This document shows, piece by piece, positions 23,731-31,246 of a stretch of DNA of 38,102 nt (positions are counted from its first letter, which is position 1; every line of letters starts with the position of its first letter). The DNA is from a virus: IMG/VR virus record IMGVR_UViG_2585428174_000001, positions 1 through 38,102 of that record; one strand, 5' to 3'. Below the pieces are notes generated by a model that searched no databases, was not told the origin of the DNA, and saw nothing but the letters and a program-made list of their open reading frames with translations. The translations under genes were made by a program, and so were the position numbers.

Positions 23731-23976
23731 CTATCGCTTTTTGAATGTTTTAACATAAAATTCTGTTTCTGTTTCAGTAGTTTTGACCTCAACATCATAC
23801 TGGAATCCCATATGTTCATAGAGCATTTCCATAAACGACCCCACATTGACAACTTTTTTCTTTCTGTGAGCCCAAACGCAACCGCAAGCTTCCAGTAGAG
23901 CCTTTTTCTCTTCCACAGTAGTTGTATCCTTATCATATATTACTTTTAGTAATTGATTAATTTCTTTTGCTTTCAA
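23731..23976 (-). CDS. Hypothetical protein
   Basis: TTG start follows GGTAGGTGA. I preferred it over the overlapping 23703-23936 frame. Confidence 0.5.
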   Translation of the reverse strand: MKAKEINQLLKVIYDKDTTTVEEKKALLEACGCVWAHRKKKVVNVGSFMEMLYEHMGFQYDVEVKTTETETEFYVKTFKKR

Positions 23977-24008
23977 TATATTTTCACCTACCTTATGTCG
24001 CTTTAAAT

Positions 24009-24236
24009 TTACATAATTTTAAATATTGTGTCTTTACACAAAAGACTAGCTTTGCTGTAGCACTCTTTAAAGTTTTTGTGCTGCACTAGGTAGAAGTGCT
24101 CGTAGTCTTCGATTATTCTCCCATTCATTCCTTTTACTTTTTTTTGATCTCTTTTCGCATTGCCCTGTTTTACCTGCACCGAACAACCGCTTAATACTTT
24201 AATTTTATCTCCTACTTTGTAGATTATGTTAATCAC
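24009..24236 (-). CDS. Small hypothetical protein (Veg-like pattern)
   Basis: 75 aa. Weak resemblance by eye only. Confidence 0.5.
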   Translation of the reverse strand: MINIIYKVGDKIKVLSGCSVQVKQGNAKRDQKKVKGMNGRIIEDYEHFYLVQHKNFKECYSKASLLCKDTIFKIM

Positions 24237-24238
24237 TG

Positions 24239-24631
24239 TTACCCCTCCTTAACTTCTAATTTGAGAGATGTATCGACTTCCCAACCTCTTGCATATATCT
24301 TGCGATTATGGTCTCTTATCTCTTCTGGTATGACTATCACACCTATTTTTTCTAAGTAATTTAGCATATTGAAACACATCTGAATTGTCTCTATAGATTC
24401 TTGTGCTAAATTCTTTACATTCTCCCATGTTGGTTCTAGCTGATACATAACTGCTGCTTCTAAAGTTTCTGTAGATTCTTCACAGCTCTTCTTTGCCATG
24501 AGAACTACATCTGTGTTCCAAAGTCCAAGCTGTAAATTGCGTGTTGTTGGAAATAATGCACTCCCTTGTTTTTTAACTGTGCTATTTAAATTTTCTTTTA
24601 AAGCTTCTATGAGCTTCTCTATTTCATTCAT
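24239..24631 (-). CDS. Hypothetical protein
   Basis: ATG at 24631 follows GGGAGGTAG and overlaps the upstream stop codon as TAATG. Confidence 0.6.
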   Translation of the reverse strand: MNEIEKLIEALKENLNSTVKKQGSALFPTTRNLQLGLWNTDVVLMAKKSCEESTETLEAAVMYQLEPTWENVKNLAQESIETIQMCFNMLNYLEKIGVIVIPEEIRDHNRKIYARGWEVDTSLKLEVKEG

Positions 24632-24789
24632 TACTCTTCTACCTCCCTGTTCCAGCATTGTTCACACGTCATGCTGTGACACTCCTCAATGGTTGGACGT
24701 TCAAACCCATAAAAGTAAGGACATTTCCATTCGATTAAATCTTCTTCAGTATATTCGTTTTCGTCTAAAACCTTATCTATTATCTTCAC
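24631..24789 (-). CDS. Small Cys-containing protein (52 aa, below ORF-track cutoff)
   Basis: GTG at 24789 follows GGAGGGAG. Its stop codon overlaps the next start as TAATG. Confidence 0.45.
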   Translation of the reverse strand: MKIIDKVLDENEYTEEDLIEWKCPYFYGFERPTIEECHSMTCEQCWNREVEE

Positions 24790-25033
24790 GTTTCTCCCTC
24801 CTATTCCATGCTTCAGCTACTTCCTCTTTTGTCAATCCTTCTTTACTCTTAGCACCGCAATGATAACAACGCACTATCCAGCCTGTATTGTATCCTGTTG
24901 CTACACTAGGTAATTTGTTATTTTCATTTAACCATTTTTGGTAATCTTCTTCATAAGCTTTTTGAAAACACATAACTTCCGGTTCCATTTTGCCACCGCA
25001 AAACGGGCAATTTTTTAATGTCATATTTTTCAC
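24773..25033 (-). CDS. Lar-family restriction-alleviation-like zinc-ribbon protein
   Basis: CPFCGG...CYHCGAK...EAWNRR is the characteristic Lar pattern. Confidence 0.65.
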   Translation of the reverse strand: MKNMTLKNCPFCGGKMEPEVMCFQKAYEEDYQKWLNENNKLPSVATGYNTGWIVRCYHCGAKSKEGLTKEEVAEAWNRREKREDNR

Positions 25034-25050
25034 TCCATTTTCTTTGTTTT

Positions 25051-25102
25051 AGGCTCTTAAATGCTTTGTAGGTGAATTGCTTATATTGTAATTTAAGAGC
25101 CT
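25051..25102. repeat. Perfect 12-bp inverted repeat AGGCTCTTAAAT / ATTTAAGAGCCT with a 28-nt loop
   Basis: The arms at 25051-25062 and 25091-25102 are exact reverse complements. No U-run follows on either strand. Confidence 0.6.
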
Positions 25103-25110
25103 TAAAAGTG

Positions 25111-25704
25111 CTATTTTATAGCTTTATAAAATTCGTCGTATTGCTTTACGTATTCCCACTGATTTATAAACTTATCATATTCACTTTTATTGCCTATGCT
25201 TAATTGAGATATTTTTAGAAACTTGCTTGGAATTATCAATACTTTTTCTACCTCAATTTCATTTATGCAAAAGCATACATACAAATCGCATGTAGGATTT
25301 ATTTTTTCAAGATTAAAAGTATAACAAAACCCAGAATTACTATATTTAAATCTATTGCTCGCCTTAACATCTATTTTTACGCAGCCATTTACCAATAAAT
25401 CGTATGGGTGCTTTACTGACATTTGTTCTACTTTATAACCTTTTTCTTTAAGAATATTACCGCATATTCTTTCATATTTTTTACCTAATCCTGTTTCACT
25501 TTTCTTTATTTCTAAATTTAATATTGTGCTCCAATGTTTAAATCCACCACTCTTAGCTATCGCATTTGACAAACAATGATTTCCAGTTATCTTTATTATT
25601 TCTGAATTGCTAGGCATTCTAGTTATGTTAAGTTCTTTAGTAACCTTTCTAATCTGTTCCTCTATATTTTTATCGTTCCACATTTTTCCGTGAGTATATC
25701 CCAT
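25111..25704 (-). CDS. PD-(D/E)XK endonuclease-like protein
   Basis: C-terminal half has YDLLV...VKIDVKAS (D...D.K). The N-terminal half is HTH-like. Confidence 0.5.
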   Translation of the reverse strand: MGYTHGKMWNDKNIEEQIRKVTKELNITRMPSNSEIIKITGNHCLSNAIAKSGGFKHWSTILNLEIKKSETGLGKKYERICGNILKEKGYKVEQMSVKHPYDLLVNGCVKIDVKASNRFKYSNSGFCYTFNLEKINPTCDLYVCFCINEIEVEKVLIIPSKFLKISQLSIGNKSEYDKFINQWEYVKQYDEFYKAIK

Positions 25705-25756
25705 ATATGACCTCCTATTAATTTTTTAGCTTTTTATCATAGAGAGCTATAACTCT

Positions 25757-26155
25757 TTAATTAAAAGGGATTTCTTCATTTTCTATCGGTGTTACATCGT
25801 TCCCATACTCTGGAGTATTATCAACTGTTCCACTATCTGTTTTGCTTCCTAAAAATTCAACTTCCTCAGCAATTACCTCAGTAACATATCTTCTTGTTCC
25901 ATCCTTAGCTTCATAGCTTCTTGTTTCTATACGCCCACAGATTCCGATTTGTCTACCTTTTGCCATATATTGTGCTGTTGCCTCCGCTGCCTTGCCCCAC
26001 ACAACCACAGGAAGGAAATCTGCATCAGGTTGTCCTTCTTTTTTGAACTTTCGATTTACTGCAATAGTAAATGTGGTTACTGCAGTTCCTGCTCCAGGAG
26101 TAAATTTAAGTTCAGGATCCTTTGTAAGCCTTCCTACTAAAACGACTTTATTCAT
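25757..26155 (-). CDS. ssb: Single-stranded DNA-binding protein
   Basis: NKVVLVGRLTKDPEL... OB-fold signature and an acidic tail ending EEIPFN. Confidence 0.92.
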   Translation of the reverse strand: MNKVVLVGRLTKDPELKFTPGAGTAVTTFTIAVNRKFKKEGQPDADFLPVVVWGKAAEATAQYMAKGRQIGICGRIETRSYEAKDGTRRYVTEVIAEEVEFLGSKTDSGTVDNTPEYGNDVTPIENEEIPFN

Positions 26156-26156
26156 A

Positions 26157-26585
26157 TTAATTCCTCCTAATCCTATTAAATCGTGTTACATATTCATTGC
26201 GCCATTTCCTATATTCCTTTTCTGCTATTTCCCATGTAGTTTTGGCAGCTCTTTTCCCTTCTGCTATTGCATGTTTGGGTTCATCACATTCCGCATAAAT
26301 ATTGTAGAAGTCTATAAGCTGTGTGACTTCAATCTTTCCTCCGCTATATTTTTTAATTTCACGTTCACTTTTAGGACAATGAATTTTGTTATAATGCAGA
26401 TTTTTATTGAAAGCTTCAATAATTTTCTTATCTTCTATAAACATTCTGACGTATTTACTTGCTGATGTAGCACCGATATTGTGCTTAACTCCAGCTTGGT
26501 TTAATGTTAGTCCGTTCTCTATTATGTCCTTAGCTATAGATATAGCTATTTTCTTACCTTTTGCCTCATCTATCTTCTTTCCCAT
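26157..26585 (-). CDS. Hypothetical protein
   Basis: 142-aa ORF abutting ssb. Confidence 0.6.
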   Translation of the reverse strand: MGKKIDEAKGKKIAISIAKDIIENGLTLNQAGVKHNIGATSASKYVRMFIEDKKIIEAFNKNLHYNKIHCPKSEREIKKYSGGKIEVTQLIDFYNIYAECDEPKHAIAEGKRAAKTTWEIAEKEYRKWRNEYVTRFNRIRRN

Positions 26586-26814
26586 TCTGGAACACCTCCA
26601 TTTCCCCCAATCTGCATATTATTTTGCTATGTTCCATGGTGTTGTGCATTTCCATGTTGTCTATACGATTCTTGCAACTGTAAACCTGTTCTGTAAGATA
26701 TATTAGCTCTTGTTTTACATCTATCTGCTTAGGCTTGTCCTTTAATGTGTTAAGTATTGCACATGTCCCGAAGCCTACCGCTGCACCTAAAAAGGCGAAT
26801 ATTATCTCTAACAT
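26566..26814 (-). CDS. Small protein with an N-terminal TM segment
   Basis: 82-aa ORF beginning MLEIIFAFLGAAVGFGTCAIL. Confidence 0.55.
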   Translation of the reverse strand: MLEIIFAFLGAAVGFGTCAILNTLKDKPKQIDVKQELIYLTEQVYSCKNRIDNMEMHNTMEHSKIICRLGEMEVFQNGKEDR

Positions 26815-26826
26815 TTGTTATTCCTC

Positions 26827-27159
26827 CTATATATCAAAACTTAATTGTTCAACCTCTAAGGGGATATCTTCCCAGCCTACTCCGATATAGTCTAGTACTT
26901 TTCCCCAGCCATATTTCTCACCTGTTTCTTTATCTTTTATGCAGCTATACATCCAGAATTCCCACTCTTTCTTGTTACGTTGCCTAAGCCTATCAAATCT
27001 ATGAGGTCGCTTCTCCATGTGGATTCCAAAGCCACACATATTGCACCCTGTTCTCTGTGCCTTAGTTGTATAAAGTTTCCCTGTAAAGTCCTTTTTTATT
27101 TCTCCGTAGATTTCTGGCACTGGGACATTGAGGTCTAATGCTAATTGCAAATGGTGCAC
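26827..27159 (-). CDS. PAPS-reductase-family protein, C-terminal fragment (frame-split)
   Basis: LQLALDLNVPVPEIYGEI...RTGCNMCGFG...RFDRL matches the C-terminal part of phage PAPS reductase-like proteins. It is in the +1 frame relative to the upstream fragment. Confidence 0.6.
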   Translation of the reverse strand: MHHLQLALDLNVPVPEIYGEIKKDFTGKLYTTKAQRTGCNMCGFGIHMEKRPHRFDRLRQRNKKEWEFWMYSCIKDKETGEKYGWGKVLDYIGVGWEDIPLEVEQLSFDI

Positions 27160-27904
27160 TTCTTATTACTGTTTTCCCATAATAATTACATCCATGATCT
27201 ACAAGACTTTCTTCTCTTTGCCCGCCCTCACTTGCCATAATCCCCAAGTAAGGATAACTATTATGTTTTTTACCCCAATCTCCGCAAGGCTTTTCCTTCA
27301 TGAAATAACAACATTGGTTTGATATTTTAAAAGGAGCTTGTTTATAATGAGTTCCATATTCTTTGTTTTCCATTCCAGCAAAAAGTTCTAGCCATTTTTT
27401 AGGTAGTTGCATTCTACTGTTTTTTGCAAAATGTCCTTGTGCTCCACACTCTCCAGTAATAATTGCATGTCGCACAGTTTTATTATTTTCTGTTGGATTC
27501 TGTAATGTTTCTATTCTCCCTGCAAGCTTTTTACTTATCACTGGGAATCCTACTTCATTCAGAATTTCAACTTTAGATTTATATGGTGCTATTTTGATAA
27601 TCCCAAGCTGATCATGTATATTTTGTATGCTCTTGTCTTCCAAACTTGAAACTGATACTGCCGGTACATTTATACCGATATTTCTTAAAAATATTAATAG
27701 AGTTATACTATCCAATCCGCCTACGCTTACGTGGCATTCTAAACCTCTTTTGACCATTTCATTATAAAATTCATTAGCTCTTATTTCCGCTTTTCTTATT
27801 TTTATTTCATAAGGAAGATTCTGTAATGCCATGAAGGCTTGTTTCTTCCTTTTCTTATTTTGTCTCCATTCTTCATCATTTAACCCCACTCCTATTCCTC
27901 CCAT
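27062..27904 (-). CDS. PAPS-reductase / PP-loop ATPase family protein, N-terminal fragment (frame-split)
   Basis: PP-loop-like motif SVGGLDS. The frame ends in a non-conserved-looking tail after ..GKTVIRSAPFAI. Confidence 0.65.
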   Translation of the reverse strand: MGGIGVGLNDEEWRQNKKRKKQAFMALQNLPYEIKIRKAEIRANEFYNEMVKRGLECHVSVGGLDSITLLIFLRNIGINVPAVSVSSLEDKSIQNIHDQLGIIKIAPYKSKVEILNEVGFPVISKKLAGRIETLQNPTENNKTVRHAIITGECGAQGHFAKNSRMQLPKKWLELFAGMENKEYGTHYKQAPFKISNQCCYFMKEKPCGDWGKKHNSYPYLGIMASEGGQREESLVDHGCNYYGKTVIRSAPFAISIRPQCPSARNLRRNKKGLYRETLYN

Positions 27905-27926
27905 CCTAATAATTTCTTTTCTAAAT

Positions 27927-28817
27927 CTATTTCAATAGAAATTCTTGTAACTCTTCATTTTCCTTCTTGCCTTGTTTTTGCCTTATATCTTCCTCAGGCA
28001 TTTTTATTGGAATACACATTTTCACTAGTCTGCTTTTTAATCTATCATCATGTTTTAGCCCTTCTATGGTGTCATTACTGGTTAATATAGTTATTCTTTT
28101 ATATTTCATACGATTATCAAAGATGTTAAATAGCATTTCACTTACCCAGCTTGTAGGCTGTTCTACCCCTATATCGTCTATAACTAATACACCAACATTA
28201 TTTATGCTCTCTATAAGCTGGCTTTCTGTATATTTGCTATCCTTGTTGTATGTGTTTTTAATCTCTTTGAGTAGATCTGAACATGTTATAAACTTTACTC
28301 TCTCATTGTTATTCTTTAACAAAGCATTCCCTAGACTTACTGCAAGCCTAGTTTTCCCACTGCCTTTAGTAGTTGAATAGAAATATAACCCCTTCCCCAA
28401 TTCTGCGAACTTATCAAAGTTTGTAATGTATTTCACAGTCATTTTCTTTGCTGCCGCTGCGATTATTTGAGATTCTTGTTTGCAGTACACTTTCGTATCG
28501 AAAGAGTTTACTGTAAGCTCTTCGAACTCATTGGGTATATTTGCAAACTTTAACCTGTTGGCATATATTTTCTCTTCTCTACATTTGCAGAATCTAGTCT
28601 TAAAATCGCCATCATCACTTATCATCTGTATTAATCCAGAACCATCACATTCATGATAAGGACAATCAGAAGTCGCATTTAATATCTTCCAGTGTACTTC
28701 CGTATTTTTCGATTGCTTTTCTCGCAAGTCTGTCGCCTTCTGCTTCTTGCTTTTCATTAATAGCCTTTGTAGTACCGGTATTTGTATATGCTCCATAGCT
28801 TCTTTCCTCCTTGCCAT
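27927..28817 (-). CDS. DnaC/IstB-like helicase loader ATPase
   Basis: Walker A TKGSGKTRL, Walker B LVIDDIG, and an N-terminal Cys cluster CPYHEC...CKC. The start is uncertain (ATGs at 28817, 28796, 28757). Confidence 0.8.
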   Translation of the reverse strand: MARRKEAMEHIQIPVLQRLLMKSKKQKATDLREKQSKNTEVHWKILNATSDCPYHECDGSGLIQMISDDGDFKTRFCKCREEKIYANRLKFANIPNEFEELTVNSFDTKVYCKQESQIIAAAAKKMTVKYITNFDKFAELGKGLYFYSTTKGSGKTRLAVSLGNALLKNNNERVKFITCSDLLKEIKNTYNKDSKYTESQLIESINNVGVLVIDDIGVEQPTSWVSEMLFNIFDNRMKYKRITILTSNDTIEGLKHDDRLKSRLVKMCIPIKMPEEDIRQKQGKKENEELQEFLLK

Positions 28818-29496
28818 CCCTAGCCCAATTCCTCAATATTACCTCTACGTAACTTTTAATAAATCTACCTTTGTTACTTACACATTTTTGTATAGCCTCT
28901 TTGGTCCACTCATAAGAATACATTTCTATCCAAATGTTAAGAGTAGCCACATGTGTAGATATATCTTGTCCTGGTAACAACTCAGAATAATATTTAATAA
29001 GATCTAAGGTTTCAGTTGAGTGAGTGCTCTCTCTTATATTCTTATTAACTTCTTTAACTTCTTCTCTTTCTTTAACTTCTTCTTTTGTGTACCTTTTGAT
29101 GTTTTTTTGATGTACCTTCTGTTGTCCTTTTGCTGTACCTTCTGTTGTACTTTCTGTTGTACCCTCACCTTGGTAAACCTCATAATTTGCAAGGGTTAGA
29201 GTTGTACCTTTTGCTGTACCTTTTTTAATCAACATATGCTCTTTTGCTAGCAAGTTGAGGTAAGCTCTGGTCTTGTTTCTGCTCCAACCCCATCTTTCAC
29301 TTAATTTCAGCTCGGAAGTGTAATAACTTCCTCTAGGTATAACAACAACTTCATTACCTAAAATCAATGTTTCATCTTTCCATCTCATTAATTGGATAAG
29401 GTCAACAAATGCTTTAAACTTTTCAGCATCTTGGAAAATCCAATGTTCAAATATTGACCTGTCCAGTTTTATAAATCCTTTTGGTGCCTTATCCAT
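28666..29496 (-). CDS. Replication organizer with a C-terminal DnaD-like domain
   Basis: N-terminal winged-helix-like region, GT-rich linker, and a C-terminal segment ...EWTKEAIQKCV...SYVEVILRNWARDG typical of DnaD/DnaB_2 domains. Confidence 0.7.
   Translation of the reverse strand: MDKAPKGFIKLDRSIFEHWIFQDAEKFKAFVDLIQLMRWKDETLILGNEVVVIPRGSYYTSELKLSERWGWSRNKTRAYLNLLAKEHMLIKKGTAKGTTLTLANYEVYQGEGTTESTTEGTAKGQQKVHQKNIKRYTKEEVKEREEVKEVNKNIRESTHSTETLDLIKYYSELLPGQDISTHVATLNIWIEMYSYEWTKEAIQKCVSNKGRFIKSYVEVILRNWARDGKEERSYGAYTNTGTTKAINEKQEAEGDRLARKAIEKYGSTLEDIKCDF
29088..29222. repeat. Seven iteron-like copies of TGTACC(T/C)T inside the replication organizer gene (candidate origin)
   Basis: Copies start at 29088, 29111, 29134, 29146 (variant TGTACTTT), 29158, 29203 and 29215. 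Confidence 0.45.
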
Positions 29497-29505
29497 TGTT
29501 CCCTC

Positions 29506-29655
29506 CTACTCTTGTAATTCTCTAATCTGTAATTGCATTTGTGCTATACCCCTTTTGCGGCTCATTATCTCTAGCTCTAACTTAAGGATTGCTTCCTTCT
29601 CTTCCTTTATAAAATATTGTTTTTGCCTTATTATCTCTTCATCAAATTGGTTCAT
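29506..29655 (-). CDS. Small coiled-coil protein (49 aa, below ORF-track cutoff)
   Basis: ATG at 29655 follows AGGTGA. It fills the gap between the nuclease and organizer genes. Confidence 0.5.
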   Translation of the reverse strand: MNQFDEEIIRQKQYFIKEEKEAILKLELEIMSRKRGIAQMQLQIRELQE

Positions 29656-29664
29656 GTGAATCAC

Positions 29665-30447
29665 CTACAATTCAGTGTAATGTAGTATTTTATCTATCTT
29701 TTTAATACTTCTGCAATAATCACAATGACCACATCCTATAGGTTCTTCCTCACCATTCTTAACTTTTATAAATCTAGGCAATAGCGTTTCAATTTCTAAT
29801 AATTTATCCTCTATATATTCTGTACCCATAAGAATAATTGCCTTGTCCGGAATTTCTTCTTTACTAACAGCTATAATATGTGGTTGCAAATACTCTTCTC
29901 CGCCTCTGTTTTGCCTTTCTACTGCTGCATATACTGCCATCTGTAGAAGATAATCATAATACTCAATAAAGTTCTGTTTAACCCTCAATTCTTCATTCCA
30001 GTATTTTTTACTTATCTCTCTAGTAGTCTTTAAATCTACAAATACCCCTTTGCTTGGGTTATAAATATCAATCATTATTTTCCATGGTGTTCCAAACAGT
30101 TCACCAGTCATAATAACTTCTTTTTGGCCTTCTCTTACCTTTTCAACTAATGGATCATTGGCTAATGTTTCTATCATCTTGTCGGCAACCTCAAATTTCT
30201 TAAGTAAAGTTCCATCTTTCTTAAACATCTCTGGGTGCTGTGTTCTAAATTCTCCTAGGTTACCACCTTCGGACCATAAATGTACATATGAACCTAATGT
30301 AAATGCATCGTTTTCACCATCAACCCATGTTCCATTTAGCTTAGCCATTGTCTTAGCTTCACATTCTCTAAAAGCTTTGAACTGGGAGACAGAGAAAAAC
30401 TCTCTATCTGCCTCAGTACTAAAATAATTATCATGTGTTAGCTCCAT
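29665..30447 (-). CDS. PD-(D/E)XK (Cas4/DUF3799-like) recombination exonuclease
   Basis: VDLKT and QMAVYA motifs, plus Cys29 and a C-terminal CGHCDYC that together suggest a Cas4-like Fe-S cluster. Its start overlaps the RecT stop codon. Confidence 0.7.
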   Translation of the reverse strand: MELTHDNYFSTEADREFFSVSQFKAFRECEAKTMAKLNGTWVDGENDAFTLGSYVHLWSEGGNLGEFRTQHPEMFKKDGTLLKKFEVADKMIETLANDPLVEKVREGQKEVIMTGELFGTPWKIMIDIYNPSKGVFVDLKTTREISKKYWNEELRVKQNFIEYYDYLLQMAVYAAVERQNRGGEEYLQPHIIAVSKEEIPDKAIILMGTEYIEDKLLEIETLLPRFIKVKNGEEEPIGCGHCDYCRSIKKIDKILHYTEL

Positions 30448-31244
30448 TACTGCTCACCTCCAAATGGTGAATTTTCCAGCATTGTTTGTTGCTCAAGTTC
30501 CTCTGATTCAACTTCACTATATTCAACATCAAATACTGATTTTTCATTACATTTCTCTTCTTTCTTAAATTCAGAGTCTGATGTTTCTTCATATGTTTTT
30601 GCCTGCTCTATAGTATCAAAATCCTTTTCAATCTTTTTTGTAAGTCTTCTTAAGACTGTTTTCTTATAAGCTTCTTCTGGTGTCTTGGTCCACATTAAAC
30701 CATTCTTCATCTTACTAAAATTGTCTCTTATACCTTCAATTTGAGTTTTACTCATGGTTTCATATTCCATCCCACCATCTTGATACAATACAACTGCAAA
30801 AGCTCCAATAATAGGTTTATCACTAAAAGGAATAGGCTTGAAATTCACAAATTGTTGTCCTTCTTTTATTTCTTCTTCAAATAGATCATCTTCTCTAACA
30901 ACTTTTGCATATATATCTTTTATAGGTCTTATACTATATTTTTTAGCCATCTTAGTTTCGCCTTTATAGTCAGTTTGAAACTGCAATGTTCCTCCATATG
31001 GTATGGCATAGCATTCCTTTTGGAAGAAATCTAACCCCAAGAAAGCTCCCTTCAAAAGTGTTCTAGCAACTGAAATAGGTTGGCATTTTTCTATATCCTT
31101 TGTGTCTTGAAGTACTGTCATACAGTTTTGTAAGAACCTTGTCCTGTTGAAATCCTTAGGCATTGCACTTATTTTTGTTTCAATTAATCTATCTAAAACA
31201 CTATACGATTCCTTTAAAATTAACTCTTTTTTACTATCTGCCAT
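30447..31244 (-). CDS. recT: RecT-family single-strand annealing protein
   Basis: Typical RecT core including ..MWTKTPEEAYKKTVLRRLTK.., with an acidic C-terminus. Confidence 0.8.
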   Translation of the reverse strand: MADSKKELILKESYSVLDRLIETKISAMPKDFNRTRFLQNCMTVLQDTKDIEKCQPISVARTLLKGAFLGLDFFQKECYAIPYGGTLQFQTDYKGETKMAKKYSIRPIKDIYAKVVREDDLFEEEIKEGQQFVNFKPIPFSDKPIIGAFAVVLYQDGGMEYETMSKTQIEGIRDNFSKMKNGLMWTKTPEEAYKKTVLRRLTKKIEKDFDTIEQAKTYEETSDSEFKKEEKCNEKSVFDVEYSEVESEELEQQTMLENSPFGGEQ

Positions 31245-31246
31245 TT

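Noticed and set aside
23703-23936. 77-aa ORF overlapping 23731-23976 in another frame
   Set aside because: The alternative frame has an SD-preceded start and fits the tight gene packing. The rejected frame gives a basic low-complexity product and has no SD.
25992-26465. 157-aa + strand ORF across the ssb gene and its neighbour
   Set aside because: It is antisense to an unambiguous SSB gene and spans a gene junction. I treat it as a shadow ORF.
27967-28380. 137-aa + strand ORF inside the DnaC-like gene
   Set aside because: It is antisense to a gene with clear Walker A and B motifs, and no SD is present.
29041-29230. Short direct repeats considered as a possible CRISPR or minisatellite
   Set aside because: The repeats are 8-19 bp with irregular spacing and lie inside a coding linker. 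There are no spacer-like unique units and no cas genes. Iterons or codon-level repeats are a better interpretation.
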